The translations under genes were made by a program, and so were the position numbers. The notes beneath the pieces were generated by a model. The model saw only the letters and a program-made list of their open reading frames with translations. It searched no databases and was not told the DNA's origin. DNA of 32,000 nucleotides from Desulfobulbus propionicus DSM 2032 (lineage in GTDB: Bacteria; Desulfobacterota; Desulfobulbia; Desulfobulbales; Desulfobulbaceae). The stretch covers positions 3,330,001 to 3,362,000 of the forward strand of contig NC_014972.1 of NCBI RefSeq assembly GCF_000186885.1, written 5' to 3'. Below are positions 20,310-29,820 of this stretch, piece by piece (positions within the stretch are counted from its first letter, which is position 1; every line of letters starts with the position of its first letter).

Positions 20310-20753
20310 CTACAGCTCCGGCAACCTGCCGCTGGCCTTAAAGGCGAAATAGTCGCGCAGGATGCGCGCATGATCAAAGGCCAGCTCCGGCAATTCGGCT
20401 TCAACAAACACCCCGGCCCGCCGGGCATCGTCGGCCGCTACCGGCTGACCGCTGGCAGTGGCGATGAACACCGTGGAGGCGGTGTGCTGGCGGGCATCCC
20501 GTTTCGGATCGGAATAGGTGTGCAGCTGCCGCTGCAACGTCACCGTCAGCCCGGTTTCCTCGGCGGCCTCCCGCCGGGCGGCATCCTCGAAGGACTCGCC
20601 GTAATCGACGAACCCCCCGGGCAGGGCCCAGCCGTGGGGAGGGTTTTTCCGCTCGATGAGCACGATGCCGCCCTCGGTTTCAATGATGATGTCCACCGTG
20701 GGGGCAGGGTTTCTGTAGACGTGCAGCGGTGCGCCGCAGGAGGGGCATTGCAT
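20310..20753 (-). CDS. NUDIX hydrolase with N-terminal zinc-ribbon-like CPSC motif
   Basis: NUDIX box [26 protein letters not shown]; start at [25 protein letters not shown] (20753). Confidence 0.9.
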   Translation of the reverse strand: MQCPSCGAPLHVYRNPAPTVDIIIETEGGIVLIERKNPPHGWALPGGFVDYGESFEDAARREAAEETGLTVTLQRQLHTYSDPKRDARQHTASTVFIATASGQPVAADDARRAGVFVEAELPELAFDHARILRDYFAFKASGRLPEL

Positions 20754-20773
20754 GGCGAATTTTCCGGAGAAGA

Positions 20774-21352
20774 TTAGAGGCACAAGCCGCGGATCTCGTC
20801 CCAGTTGCGCACCGAGGGCAGACTGTGGCGGTCGCGGTTCCAGGGCTGGGCGAAAACGATCGAGCGAATCCCCACGCGATTGAGCTGCACACAAGTTTCC
20901 GCCCGATCATCGACAAAGGCCGTCAGCCCCAGTGCTTTGATGTGGCGGGCCTTGTCATCGTGATCCCCCATGGCCACCACCCGGATCTGCGCCCAGACCC
21001 GGGCGGGAAAAACGGTGTGCAGCCAGTGGTGCACCGGTTCCGCCGCCGAGCGGGCGGTGACGATGGTGACCGGTGCGTGGCGGCTCAACTCGCCGAGCAC
21101 CCCGACCGCTCCAGGCATGGGCAGCAAGCCGCATCCCACCGAATCATGAAGAATCTGCAGAAAAATCGACTCGGCAATGGTTTCATCCATGTCCAGACAG
21201 TGCTCCACCGCGAAGTGGGTAATGTCCTCGGGACGGATGCCGCACAGCCCATGCTGTTCGCAGGCGATGCGGATGAAAGCCTCGACCGTGTCGGCGATGA
21301 CCCCATCGAAATCAAAACCGATCTCGGCGGGGTGAATCTTGGTGCCGCGCAT
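20774..21352 (-). CDS. HAD-superfamily hydrolase-like protein
   Basis: Motif [13 protein letters not shown], motif [10 protein letters not shown], later acidic motif [11 protein letters not shown]. Confidence 0.8.
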   Translation of the reverse strand: MRGTKIHPAEIGFDFDGVIADTVEAFIRIACEQHGLCGIRPEDITHFAVEHCLDMDETIAESIFLQILHDSVGCGLLPMPGAVGVLGELSRHAPVTIVTARSAAEPVHHWLHTVFPARVWAQIRVVAMGDHDDKARHIKALGLTAFVDDRAETCVQLNRVGIRSIVFAQPWNRDRHSLPSVRNWDEIRGLCL

Positions 21353-21360
21353 GAGGACGG

Positions 21361-22218
21361 TTATTTTTCGACCTTGGCGTCCTCGATGATCACATCGTAC
21401 TTGTAGCCCGCGCCAAAATCACGCTCGCTGGCCAGGGTTCCCTCGACGGTGACCACACTGTCCTCGCCGGGGTCCTCCATGGTGGTGACCACCAGGTCAT
21501 GCTGGTTTTTCAGCGGATTGCCGGTGCCGTCCTGAATGTGCAGCCAATTCTTGCCCATGATCATGCGCGAGATTTTCATCACCTTACCACGAACACGCAC
21601 GGTTTTGCCGTGCAGTTCCTTGCCTTGCTCGAAACACTCGCCCACCGAAAAACTATTCGGACCGGTGGCCTTGTTGACGTTGACATGCGCGGACGGAACC
21701 ACGGCGCCGGCGCTGCCGGTCGAGGGCCCCAGATCCCCCGCGCCCGCGTCGCCACCCTGCCCGCCCTGAGCGCCACGGCCCTCGGCCTGGAGGGCCGCGT
21801 CAAAACCCGTTCCCTTGGCATCGGTCTTGGCATCGGCAGCGGGTTGTCCTCCTTCCTGGGCCTCCTTCTCCAAACCGGGCGAGAAGACGATGGCCTCAAA
21901 AGAGCGGTTCAGGGTCTTGGAGGTAAAATTGTGCATGGTCATGCCCGGCTTGCAGTTGACGGTCTGGCCGGTTTTGACGGAGGTCTCGGGAATGGCCACC
22001 CATATTTTTCCCTGGGCCGCATCGACCTGCAGGTAGGTGTAGCCATTGCTGTTCATGGTTTCCAGCACCTTGCCCTGCAGCGCGACTCCGTCCAGCGAGC
22101 TGCTGGCAGCGGGCGGGGCGGACGGAGAGGCCGGTTTCTCTTCGGCGAGGGCGGCCGCCGGAGCGATCAGGGTCAATGAGAGGGCGGTGGAAACCAGGAC
22201 TTTACGTAATGCAAACAT
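21361..22218 (-). CDS. Exported protein with two OB-fold-like (NrfJ / nucleic-acid-binding-like) domains
   Basis: Signal peptide; GKVLETMNSNGYTYLQVDAAQGKIWVAIPETSVKTGQTV and GKTVRVRGKVMKISRMIMGKNWLHIQDGTG...DSVVTVEGTLASERDFGAGYKYDVIIEDAKV. Confidence 0.75.
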   Translation of the reverse strand: MFALRKVLVSTALSLTLIAPAAALAEEKPASPSAPPAASSSLDGVALQGKVLETMNSNGYTYLQVDAAQGKIWVAIPETSVKTGQTVNCKPGMTMHNFTSKTLNRSFEAIVFSPGLEKEAQEGGQPAADAKTDAKGTGFDAALQAEGRGAQGGQGGDAGAGDLGPSTGSAGAVVPSAHVNVNKATGPNSFSVGECFEQGKELHGKTVRVRGKVMKISRMIMGKNWLHIQDGTGNPLKNQHDLVVTTMEDPGEDSVVTVEGTLASERDFGAGYKYDVIIEDAKVEK

Positions 22219-22338
22219 GGACGAATCTCCAATTGAGAAGGCAGGATGTGAACGGTCTGTCGACCAGGATCAAGGGGCGGAGCCAGCCGCGCCGATCCTG
22301 GCGTCAAGAGGTTGTAATAAGAATTGAGCGGACCGCTG

Positions 22339-22878
22339 TCAACCGAGGGATGCATCGGGGAACAGTTCACCCAGACAACGGCTGATGGCTCCGGCCCAGA
22401 CCTGATAGCCCCGGGTGCTGAGGTGAACCTGGTCGTTGAGAAAGCCGGGGTGGGTGATGGGCAAGCATTGTTCCCGAAACGGTGCGACCACATCGAGGAA
22501 GATGCAGTTGTCCGTGGCCGCCGCTGCTTGCGCCAGTTCCCGATTGACCTGCTCGAGCTCGTGGGCCGCCACGATCGGCATGGGCATCAAGGAACAGAGG
22601 ATGATGGGCGCGTTGGGATAGCACAGTCGCAGCCGTTGGAGCATGGTGGTGAGAATGGCCGGAAACACCATGTAGCCCATCAAGAGATTGTTGGTGCCCG
22701 ACTGAACGAGAACTGCATCCGGTTCCGGGCAGGCCTCGATTTCATCCATCAGGCGGCTGGACAGCTCTTCGGTCATTTCACCGGCAATGCCTCGGTTGAT
22801 CACGGCGACCTCGGGCAGATGTTTGCCCCAATCCCCCCACTCCACCAGGGAATCGCCGAGCATCAGGAGTTTAATCAT
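22339..22878 (-). CDS. SGNH/GDSL-family hydrolase
   Basis: Start at MIKLLMLGDSLVEWGDW (22878); block I GDSL, block III GTNN, block V HPGFLNDQVHLSTRGYQVWA. Confidence 0.9.
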   Translation of the reverse strand: MIKLLMLGDSLVEWGDWGKHLPEVAVINRGIAGEMTEELSSRLMDEIEACPEPDAVLVQSGTNNLLMGYMVFPAILTTMLQRLRLCYPNAPIILCSLMPMPIVAAHELEQVNRELAQAAAATDNCIFLDVVAPFREQCLPITHPGFLNDQVHLSTRGYQVWAGAISRCLGELFPDASLG

Positions 22879-22882
22879 TGTC

Positions 22883-24970
22883 TTACCTCGCTGGTTGCGA
22901 CTGCAGGACCACGCAGCCCATGTTGGCCACAGAAACGGTTTGGCCGCACTGTACCGTATCCGCACACTCCAGGTCAACGATGTCCAGCGGCCCGGGGCGA
23001 CCGGTATCGACGATCCGCCGCCAGGTTCTGCCGCGGGTGGGAGCGGGCACGGTAAAGGCGGCCGCAGCAGCAGGCTGACCGTTGAGCATGACGAAGAAGT
23101 CATCGTCCTCGGGGGCCAGTACGCAGCCGTTGAGGAGAAAGGCCAGGGTCCGGCATTCATGGGACCAGTCCTGTTCCCCTGGATGCAGGCTTTGCCACAG
23201 GATTTCCAGCGAGCAGGCGTCGTCGTCCGGCCCATAGTTGCCGAACTGGAAAAAATCCTCGCGGCGAAAAATGTGATGGCCCTTGCGCAACTGGATCAGC
23301 TTGCGGAAAAACCGCAATTGTCGTCGATTCTTTTCAGCCAGGGACCAATCGATCCAGCCAATGGCATTGTCCTGGCACCAGGCGTTGTTGTTGCCCTGCT
23401 GGCTGCGGCCGAACTCGTCGCCGGCCACCAGCATCGGCACCCCCTGGGAAAGGAGAAGGATGACCGCCATGGTGCGCAGCCGACGGGAACGCAGGCCGTG
23501 GACTGTCCTGTTTGTGGTTGGCCCTTCGACGCCACTGTTCCAGCTGAGGTTGTGGTTGTCGCCGTCGCGGTTATCCTCGCCGTTGACCAGATTGTGCTTT
23601 TCGTTGTAGCTGACCAAGTCGGCCAGGGTGAAGCCGTCGTGGCTGGTGATGAAATTGATCGAGTTGCAGGGGCGGCGGTTATGGCGCTGGTAGAGATCCG
23701 AGCTGCCGGCGATGCGGGTGGCCAGCGCCGGCACCATGCCGCCATGGCCGCACATAAAGGCGCGGACGTCGTCACGGAAGCGGCCATTCCATTCGGCCCA
23801 CCGGTGGTGAGGGGAAAAGCTGCCCACCTGGTAAAGACCGGCCGCGTCCCAGGCTTCGGCGATGATCTTGGTGTGGGCCAGCACCGGGTCCTCGGCGATC
23901 ATCTCCACCATGGGCGGGTTGGGCAGCACCTGGCCGGTCGGATCCCGGCCGAGAATGGAGGCCAGATCGAAACGGAAGCCGTCGACATGCATGTCGATCA
24001 CCCACCAACGCAGGGCGTCCATGATCAGGTTGCGGACTATGGGATGGTTGCAGTTGCAGGTGTTGCCGCAGCCGGAAAAGTTGAGATAGGCGCGGGTCCA
24101 GGGGTCGAGCAGATAATAGATAGTGTTGTCGATGCCGCGAAAGCTGGTGGTCGGGCCGTCGCTGCCGCCCTCGGCGGTGTGGTTGTAGACGATGTCGAGA
24201 ATGACCTCGATGCCCGCTCGGTGCAAGGCCTTGACCATGTCGCGGAATTCGCTCAGCGGCGCCTCCAGGTCACTGCTGTAGCCGCATTTGGGGGCAAAAA
24301 AGGAGAGCGGGCTGTAACCCCAAAAATTTTTCAGCCGCTCGCCGGTCCAGGGGTTGGTGAAGGTGGTTTCATTCTCGTTGAACTCGGTGACCGGCATCAG
24401 TTCCACCGCCGTGACGCCTAGCCGTTTGAGGTAGCTGATCTTTTCGCTGACCCCTTTGAACGTGCCCGGATGGCCCACCTTGGCCGAGGGATGGCGGGTG
24501 AAGCCGCGCACATGGAGCTCATAGATGATGGAATCGCGCAACGGGATGTTGAGCGGTCGGTCGCCCTCCCAATCGTAGGGCCGCGAATCGAGCAGACAGC
24601 AGGGTTCGGTCCCGAGGCAGGTGCGGGGTCGGCCCCAATCCGGCGAATGGATCTCCTTGGCATAGGGATCAAGGAGAATGCGTCGGGCGTCGAAGGCGTG
24701 CCCCGAACCCTGCGGGTCGTAGGGGCCTTGAAGACGGTAGCCGTAGCGCAGGTCCAGCGGCGCGTCACACAGCAAGATATGCCAGATATCGCCGGTTTTG
24801 TGAATGGCGGGATCCAGGGGCACATCGACCCATGCCTGTCGTTGCTGATCGTCGGCGACCACCAGGGTGACGGCTTCGGCATGGCGGGAAAAGAGGGCAA
24901 AATTGATTCCCTGGGGGGTGACGCTGCTCCCGAGTGGCAGCGGGGAGCCGGCTTTCACTGTAAAAAGCAT
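22883..24970 (-). CDS. glgX: Glycogen debranching enzyme (GH13)
   Basis: GVTAVELMPVTEFNE, VILDIVYNHTAEG, GFRFDLASILGRD, IIAEAWDAAG, FITSHDGFTLADLVSYNEKHN; start MLFTVKAGSPLPLGSSVTPQGINFALFSRHA. Confidence 0.92.
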   Translation of the reverse strand: MLFTVKAGSPLPLGSSVTPQGINFALFSRHAEAVTLVVADDQQRQAWVDVPLDPAIHKTGDIWHILLCDAPLDLRYGYRLQGPYDPQGSGHAFDARRILLDPYAKEIHSPDWGRPRTCLGTEPCCLLDSRPYDWEGDRPLNIPLRDSIIYELHVRGFTRHPSAKVGHPGTFKGVSEKISYLKRLGVTAVELMPVTEFNENETTFTNPWTGERLKNFWGYSPLSFFAPKCGYSSDLEAPLSEFRDMVKALHRAGIEVILDIVYNHTAEGGSDGPTTSFRGIDNTIYYLLDPWTRAYLNFSGCGNTCNCNHPIVRNLIMDALRWWVIDMHVDGFRFDLASILGRDPTGQVLPNPPMVEMIAEDPVLAHTKIIAEAWDAAGLYQVGSFSPHHRWAEWNGRFRDDVRAFMCGHGGMVPALATRIAGSSDLYQRHNRRPCNSINFITSHDGFTLADLVSYNEKHNLVNGEDNRDGDNHNLSWNSGVEGPTTNRTVHGLRSRRLRTMAVILLLSQGVPMLVAGDEFGRSQQGNNNAWCQDNAIGWIDWSLAEKNRRQLRFFRKLIQLRKGHHIFRREDFFQFGNYGPDDDACSLEILWQSLHPGEQDWSHECRTLAFLLNGCVLAPEDDDFFVMLNGQPAAAAAFTVPAPTRGRTWRRIVDTGRPGPLDIVDLECADTVQCGQTVSVANMGCVVLQSQPAR

Positions 24971-24977
24971 TTCCACC

Positions 24978-25005
24978 TTGAATGAATAATTATTATCATT
25001 ATAAT
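24978..25005 (+). promoter_or_regulatory. Candidate promoter in the AT-rich divergent region between glgX and the DUF1566 gene
   Basis: TTGAAT (24978-24983), 16 nt, TATAAT (25000-25005); the overlapping ATTATA gives a TATAAT box on the minus strand too. Confidence 0.35.
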
Positions 25006-25075
25006 GCAATCAGGGTTCAAGACGAATCCATCATACTTGCTTCTCATCCTTTTTCAAACCACAGCGGAGGATCGT

Positions 25076-26008
25076 ATGGGTCTATTCAGCAAATTAATGA
25101 TCACCGGCATTCCGGCCATCGACTGGGAAATGACCCCAGAATACACCTTTGGCACCTTTGAGAGTTGGGGCGGGAAGGAACGGGTGCGAAGCAAAAAGGA
25201 ACGCATCTACTACTTTTTTATCGATGCCTGGGACGAGGAGCCCAAACTCTGCCTGATGGAACGCGGCATCAAACATGCCCGCGTGGTCGCGGAAATTCTC
25301 GCGCCGCCGGAAATGGTCCGGCAATGCGTCAGGGAGCAAGGCAAGGTGGCCCTGTTCGAGCGGACCCATCCGATCAACGAGCAGTTGAAGACGTGGTTGC
25401 TGGCCAACGTGGTCGACACCGATGACGAATCCAAGATCATTCCACTGGAAGAGCCGCAAGGAGCGGACATGGGTGCAACCGGACTTCCTTTGCGGGAAGC
25501 GGTGACGGCTCCCAGCACCATCCATCTTCCGGACACACCGGCGGAAATGAGCGAGGAGGAGGTGGCGGCCATGGTGGCGCGTTACAGTTTTGCCGATCAG
25601 GAGCGTAACCCAAGCGGAGGGTTTGCCCATATCCTGGTCGACAACAACGATGGCTTGACCGTGACCGACTTGACCACCGGCTTGATGTGGCAACGCGGTG
25701 GTCTGGATATCATGAGCCACCGGTCCATACGCCGGGAAGTGGCCCGCCTCAATGCTGAGAGGTTTGCCGGCTACAGCGATTGGCGGCTACCGACCATGGC
25801 CGAGGCCCTGTCACTGCTCGAACCGGAGAAGCTGGCCAATAACCAGTATGTGCACCGGTGTTTTTCCAGTGAACAGCCGTTCGTGTTTGTCGATGCCACC
25901 AGAAAACCGGGCGGGCAATGGTTTGTCGATTTCAAACAGGGCCGGGCCTTTTGGTCGTCGGGAACCATTCCCGGCGGTTTCGGCCGCCTGTGCCGCCGGG
26001 AAAAATAA
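25076..26008 (+). CDS. DUF1566 (Lcl C-terminal-like) domain protein with uncharacterised N-terminal region
   Basis: FAHILVDNNDGLTVTDLTTGLMWQRGG...ARLNAERFAGYSDWRLPTMAEALSLLEPE pattern; start MGLFSKLMITGIPAIDWEMTPEYTFG at 25076. Confidence 0.8.
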   Translation: MGLFSKLMITGIPAIDWEMTPEYTFGTFESWGGKERVRSKKERIYYFFIDAWDEEPKLCLMERGIKHARVVAEILAPPEMVRQCVREQGKVALFERTHPINEQLKTWLLANVVDTDDESKIIPLEEPQGADMGATGLPLREAVTAPSTIHLPDTPAEMSEEEVAAMVARYSFADQERNPSGGFAHILVDNNDGLTVTDLTTGLMWQRGGLDIMSHRSIRREVARLNAERFAGYSDWRLPTMAEALSLLEPEKLANNQYVHRCFSSEQPFVFVDATRKPGGQWFVDFKQGRAFWSSGTIPGGFGRLCRREK

Positions 26009-26103
26009 AAACAGCGAAAAAAAAGCTGTTGAATCACAAGGGGGTCCCTTGTAGGATGCGGGTGAAGACAACAAACCTTCCCTAAATCGAGAGTGGACAT
26101 TCC

Positions 26104-26475
26104 TTGAAGCGGATACTGGTGGTTGACGACGAGGCGCAAATTCGCACCATGCTCACCCAAATGCTGGAGCAGGAGGGGTATGCGGTGCAGACCGCCGAGA
26201 ACGGCGAGGAAGGGTTAGCCTTGGTCGCGCGAGAGGCCTTTGACTTGGTGATCACCGACATGATCATGCCGGTGAAAGACGGGCTTAAGTTTATCATGGA
26301 ACTTGTCCGCGACTATCCCACCCTGAAAATCCTGGCCATCTCCGGCGGTGGCGCCATCAAGGCGGAACGTTACCTGACCATGGCCGGTTATCTCGGCGAC
26401 ATCGCCACCTTGGAAAAACCCTTCAAACGGGATGTGTTGCTTGATTTGGTGAGAAAACAGATAGCGCCCGAATAG
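26104..26475 (+). CDS. Stand-alone response regulator receiver protein (TTG start)
   Basis: KRILVVDDEAQIRTML, DLVITDMIMPVKDG, ILAISGGG, LEKPFKRDVLL; no output domain. Confidence 0.9.
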   Translation: MKRILVVDDEAQIRTMLTQMLEQEGYAVQTAENGEEGLALVAREAFDLVITDMIMPVKDGLKFIMELVRDYPTLKILAISGGGAIKAERYLTMAGYLGDIATLEKPFKRDVLLDLVRKQIAPE

Positions 26476-26493
26476 CGCGCCACGTGACTCGAC

Positions 26494-26539
26494 GCCCAAC
26501 AAAAAAAGCCTGCAGCAATGCAGGCTTTTTTTGTTGGGC
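26494..26539. terminator. Bidirectional intrinsic terminator between convergent genes
   Basis: GCCCAACAAAAAAAGCCTGCA-GCAA-TGCAGGCTTTTTTTGTTGGGC: perfect 21-bp inverted repeat with tetraloop GCAA and A7/T7 tracts. Confidence 0.9.
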
Positions 26540-26569
26540 CGGGTTTGCCCCAACGAACGGTGGGGGAAT

Positions 26570-27838
26570 TCAGGATTTTGTCAGGCTGACCTGCGCCAAT
26601 TGCTCTTGTTTCTTTCGGCGGAATCCATAGTCAACCAGCTTTTCCAAATCCGCCCACATGGATTCGCTGCCCATGATGGCCACGACAATGGTTTGCCCTT
26701 CGCGGGAAAATTGACCGACGTAGGTCTGGCGGGCAGCGATCGTGTATCCGGTTTTGCCACCCACCGCGCCATCAAGCCGCCAGAGGGCCTTGTTGTGATT
26801 GCGCAAGGTCTTGCCGTAGGAGGTGCAGATGGACCGCTCGCGCATTCTCCGGGAGAATTCATCGTGCTGCATGGCAAAGCGGAAAAGATTGGCCAGATCC
26901 CGCGCCGTCGACTGCTGACCATCGGCAGTCAACCCCGAAGCGGTGCGGCAGATGGTATTTTTCGCCCCCCACATCTTGGCGCTGAGCGTCATGAGCGTGG
27001 CAAATTTGTCCTCGCTGCCGGCTATTTTCTCCGCCAAGGCCACACTGGCGTCATTGGCCGAGGCCAGCAACACGGCGTTGATCAGATCATTGGCCTGATA
27101 ATTTCTGTTGGGATCAAGGAAGATTTTCGAACTCGGCATGTCGGCGGCCCTGCGGCTGACATTGATCACATCGTCGTTGCGCAACGATTTCAAGGCAATC
27201 ATCGCGGTCACGATCTTGATGGTCGAAGCCGGCTGACGTGGATTATCCGCCATTTTTTCAAAAAGACTTTCCCCGCTTTCCGCGTCCATCACCATGACGC
27301 TTCGGGCGCTGATCTGTTTCTCGATCGGTGCCAGATCACCGGCCGCCACCGGGCTGATCGATACCGGCACCCTGGAAGCACGCTCCTGGGCGCGCGACAC
27401 GACAGCCTGCTTCGCCACGGTCCGTTTACGCGCGGCGGTCGATGAGCCGGGGGCCGTTCGCTTGCCCGTCTTGACCTTGGTTTTCGTCTGTTTGGTGACC
27501 GCTGCCGTGCGGGCAGAGGAGCTCGAGGCGACCTTGCCAACCGTCTTCTGCTTGGCAACGCTTTTTTTCGCCGCTGCCGATTGCGCGGCCGTGCGGCTCC
27601 CCTGCTTCTTCGCGGCGATTGTTGGCCGTGCGGACTTGGTGGCGGCAGCCTTGGACAAAGAAGCGGTTGCCGGCTTTTTTGCGGTCTTCACCGCCGCGGC
27701 AGCACTCACTTTTTTCGCTGTTCCTGATTTTCCCTTCGCAACCGTGGGCTGTTGCGCCCCAAGAACATCCGCTGTCGGCGGAAGCAGGAAAATGGTGCAC
27801 AGCAGGAAGGCGAAGGGGAGAAGAGAGTGTCGTCGCAT
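26570..27838 (-). CDS. D-alanyl-D-alanine carboxypeptidase (peptidase S11) with Lys/Ala-rich linker
   Basis: Motifs STIK, SAND, GKTGYT; signal peptide after MRRHSLLPFAFLLCTIFLLPP (27838). Confidence 0.9.
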   Translation of the reverse strand: MRRHSLLPFAFLLCTIFLLPPTADVLGAQQPTVAKGKSGTAKKVSAAAAVKTAKKPATASLSKAAATKSARPTIAAKKQGSRTAAQSAAAKKSVAKQKTVGKVASSSSARTAAVTKQTKTKVKTGKRTAPGSSTAARKRTVAKQAVVSRAQERASRVPVSISPVAAGDLAPIEKQISARSVMVMDAESGESLFEKMADNPRQPASTIKIVTAMIALKSLRNDDVINVSRRAADMPSSKIFLDPNRNYQANDLINAVLLASANDASVALAEKIAGSEDKFATLMTLSAKMWGAKNTICRTASGLTADGQQSTARDLANLFRFAMQHDEFSRRMRERSICTSYGKTLRNHNKALWRLDGAVGGKTGYTIAARQTYVGQFSREGQTIVVAIMGSESMWADLEKLVDYGFRRKKQEQLAQVSLTKS

Positions 27839-28005
27839 GGCAAGAAAAAGGCAAAGGGTTGATTGCAAATTAGAAATGTTGAAAATTTAATATTTCTCCT
27901 TGCGCCCTGTCAAGCGAATTGCCCGTTTTCTTTGAAAATCGGAGATTCTTATGGTAAACAGCCCAACGTTACGTCATCAAGGGGTACTGGGACCGGGAGG
28001 AAAGA

Positions 28006-29784
28006 ATGCAAATGCAAGCAGAAACAGCTGATCACGGCAAGGATGACCAGCAAGGAAACGACAGCGCGACGGTGTTGTCGAACCTGCCGGTCATTCAGGA
28101 AAATGCGACCACCCTCAATGACTTGGTGGATATCAGCTGCCGGAAATACCGCAACCTGCCGGCCATCGGCATGGCGCTGGAGGAACCGCTGACCTACAAG
28201 GCGTTTCATGAGCGCATCCTGGCCATCGCCGCCCATCTTCGCGACCTGGGAGTCAAGCCGGGAGGCCGGGTGGCTCTTTTGGGAGAGAATTCCCACAACT
28301 GGGGAACGGTCTATTTGGCCGTTGTCCGTCTCGGCGCCAGCACCGTCCCCATCTTTCCCGACCTGCCCGAGGCGGATGTCCACCATATCCTGGGGGAAAT
28401 GCAGTGCGATATCATCTTCCTCACCCAGCGGCAGATCGAGAAGATCTACGACCTCAAGAAACAGCTGAAACACGTGATCACCCTGGATGATTACCGTGAC
28501 GATACCGGCCTGATCTCGCTTCAGACCTTCAGTGGCTTCCTCGCCGAGGCCCTCGCCACCTACGGCGAACAGGCCCGCGACGAACAGCTCGACTTTCCCC
28601 CGGTCAACAAGGACGACCTGGCCTCCATCCTCTATACCTCCGGGACGTCTGGTTTTTCCAAGGCGGTGATGCTCAGCCACGCCAACCTCTGCGCCAATGC
28701 CCACTCGGCCAGCGGGGTCATCCAGATCGTTCCCGGCTGGGTGTTTCTTTCAGTGCTGCCCATTTCCCACACCTACGAGTTCACGGTCGGCTTCCTCCTG
28801 CCGCTCTTGAAGGGATGCCGCATCGTCTATGCCGGCAAGACACCGACCCCCGCCGTGCTGCAGAAGATCTGCGAACGGGAACAACCCCATGTGATGCTGG
28901 TAGTCCCCCTGATCATTGAAAAAATCTTCAAGAAGCGGGTGGCCCCGGCCGTGGAAAAAAGCAAGATGCTCACTTTTTTCTGCCGCTTCAGCATGAGCCG
29001 CAAGATGATTTACCGCAAGATCGGCGCCAAGTTGCTCGCCTTTTTCGGCAACCGCCTGGAGGTGATGGGTATCGGCGGCGCGGCTCTCAACCCAGAGGTG
29101 GAATTGTTTCTGCGCGATGCCAGCTTTCCTTTCATTGTCGGCTACGGCCTGACCGAGGCCGCGCCCTTGCTGGCCGGCGGCCCCCATGGCGACACCACCA
29201 TCTGTCTGGGATCCACTGGCAAGCCCGTGCCCAATGTGGAGATTCGCATCGACGATCCCCATCCTGAAACAGGAATCGGCGAGATCGTGGCCCGGGGGCC
29301 GAATGTCATGCAGGGCTATCTCAACGATCCGGAAGCCACCAAGGACTCCTTCACCGAGGATGGCTGGCTGAAGACCGGAGACCTGGGACGTCTTGACGAC
29401 GCCGGCAACCTGCTCATCAAGGGTCGTTCCAAATCGGTCATCGTCTTGTCCAACGGCGAAAACGTCTATCCCGAGGCGATCGAACACAAGGTCAACGCCT
29501 ACCCTTTCGTGGTGGAATCCCTGGTGGTGGAAAATCGAGGCATGCTCGAGGCATGGGTCTATCCGGATTACGAATTTATCGACAGCAAGACCTCCGGCCA
29601 AAACCGCACCCAGCGCCATCAGTATATCGCCGGCCTGCTCGAGGAGATGCGCACTGCCCTCAACGAGCAGTTGTCCACCTCCTCCCGGCTGTCACGGGTG
29701 CTCGAACGACGGGAACCCTTTGTCAAGACGGCCACCCACAAGATCAAGCGCTATCTCTATTCAGCCGACAACATGCACGTCTAA
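28006..29784 (+). CDS. AMP-binding long-chain acyl-CoA synthetase-like protein
   Basis: LASILYTSGTSGFSKAVMLSH, VGYGLTEAAPLLAGG, WLKTGDLGRLDDAGNLLIKGRSKSVIVLSNGENVYPEAIE. Confidence 0.9.
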   Translation: MQMQAETADHGKDDQQGNDSATVLSNLPVIQENATTLNDLVDISCRKYRNLPAIGMALEEPLTYKAFHERILAIAAHLRDLGVKPGGRVALLGENSHNWGTVYLAVVRLGASTVPIFPDLPEADVHHILGEMQCDIIFLTQRQIEKIYDLKKQLKHVITLDDYRDDTGLISLQTFSGFLAEALATYGEQARDEQLDFPPVNKDDLASILYTSGTSGFSKAVMLSHANLCANAHSASGVIQIVPGWVFLSVLPISHTYEFTVGFLLPLLKGCRIVYAGKTPTPAVLQKICEREQPHVMLVVPLIIEKIFKKRVAPAVEKSKMLTFFCRFSMSRKMIYRKIGAKLLAFFGNRLEVMGIGGAALNPEVELFLRDASFPFIVGYGLTEAAPLLAGGPHGDTTICLGSTGKPVPNVEIRIDDPHPETGIGEIVARGPNVMQGYLNDPEATKDSFTEDGWLKTGDLGRLDDAGNLLIKGRSKSVIVLSNGENVYPEAIEHKVNAYPFVVESLVVENRGMLEAWVYPDYEFIDSKTSGQNRTQRHQYIAGLLEEMRTALNEQLSTSSRLSRVLERREPFVKTATHKIKRYLYSADNMHV

Positions 29785-29820
29785 CCTTTCGCCCAACAAC
29801 ACACTAACAAAGGGGGAACC

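Noticed and set aside
22264-22301. CCAGGATC...GATCCTGG inverted repeat downstream of the GDSL gene region
   Set aside because: 8-bp arms with no U-tract on either strand; may be a leader structure of the dual OB-fold gene region but insufficient evidence.
22787-24421. 544-aa plus-strand ORF antisense to glgX/GDSL region
   Set aside because: Antisense to GH13 catalytic motifs; shadow ORF.
26010-26030. AACAGC-GAAAAAAAA-GCTGTT hairpin as a terminator after the DUF1566 gene
   Set aside because: Only 6 bp with no following T-tract; too weak to call.
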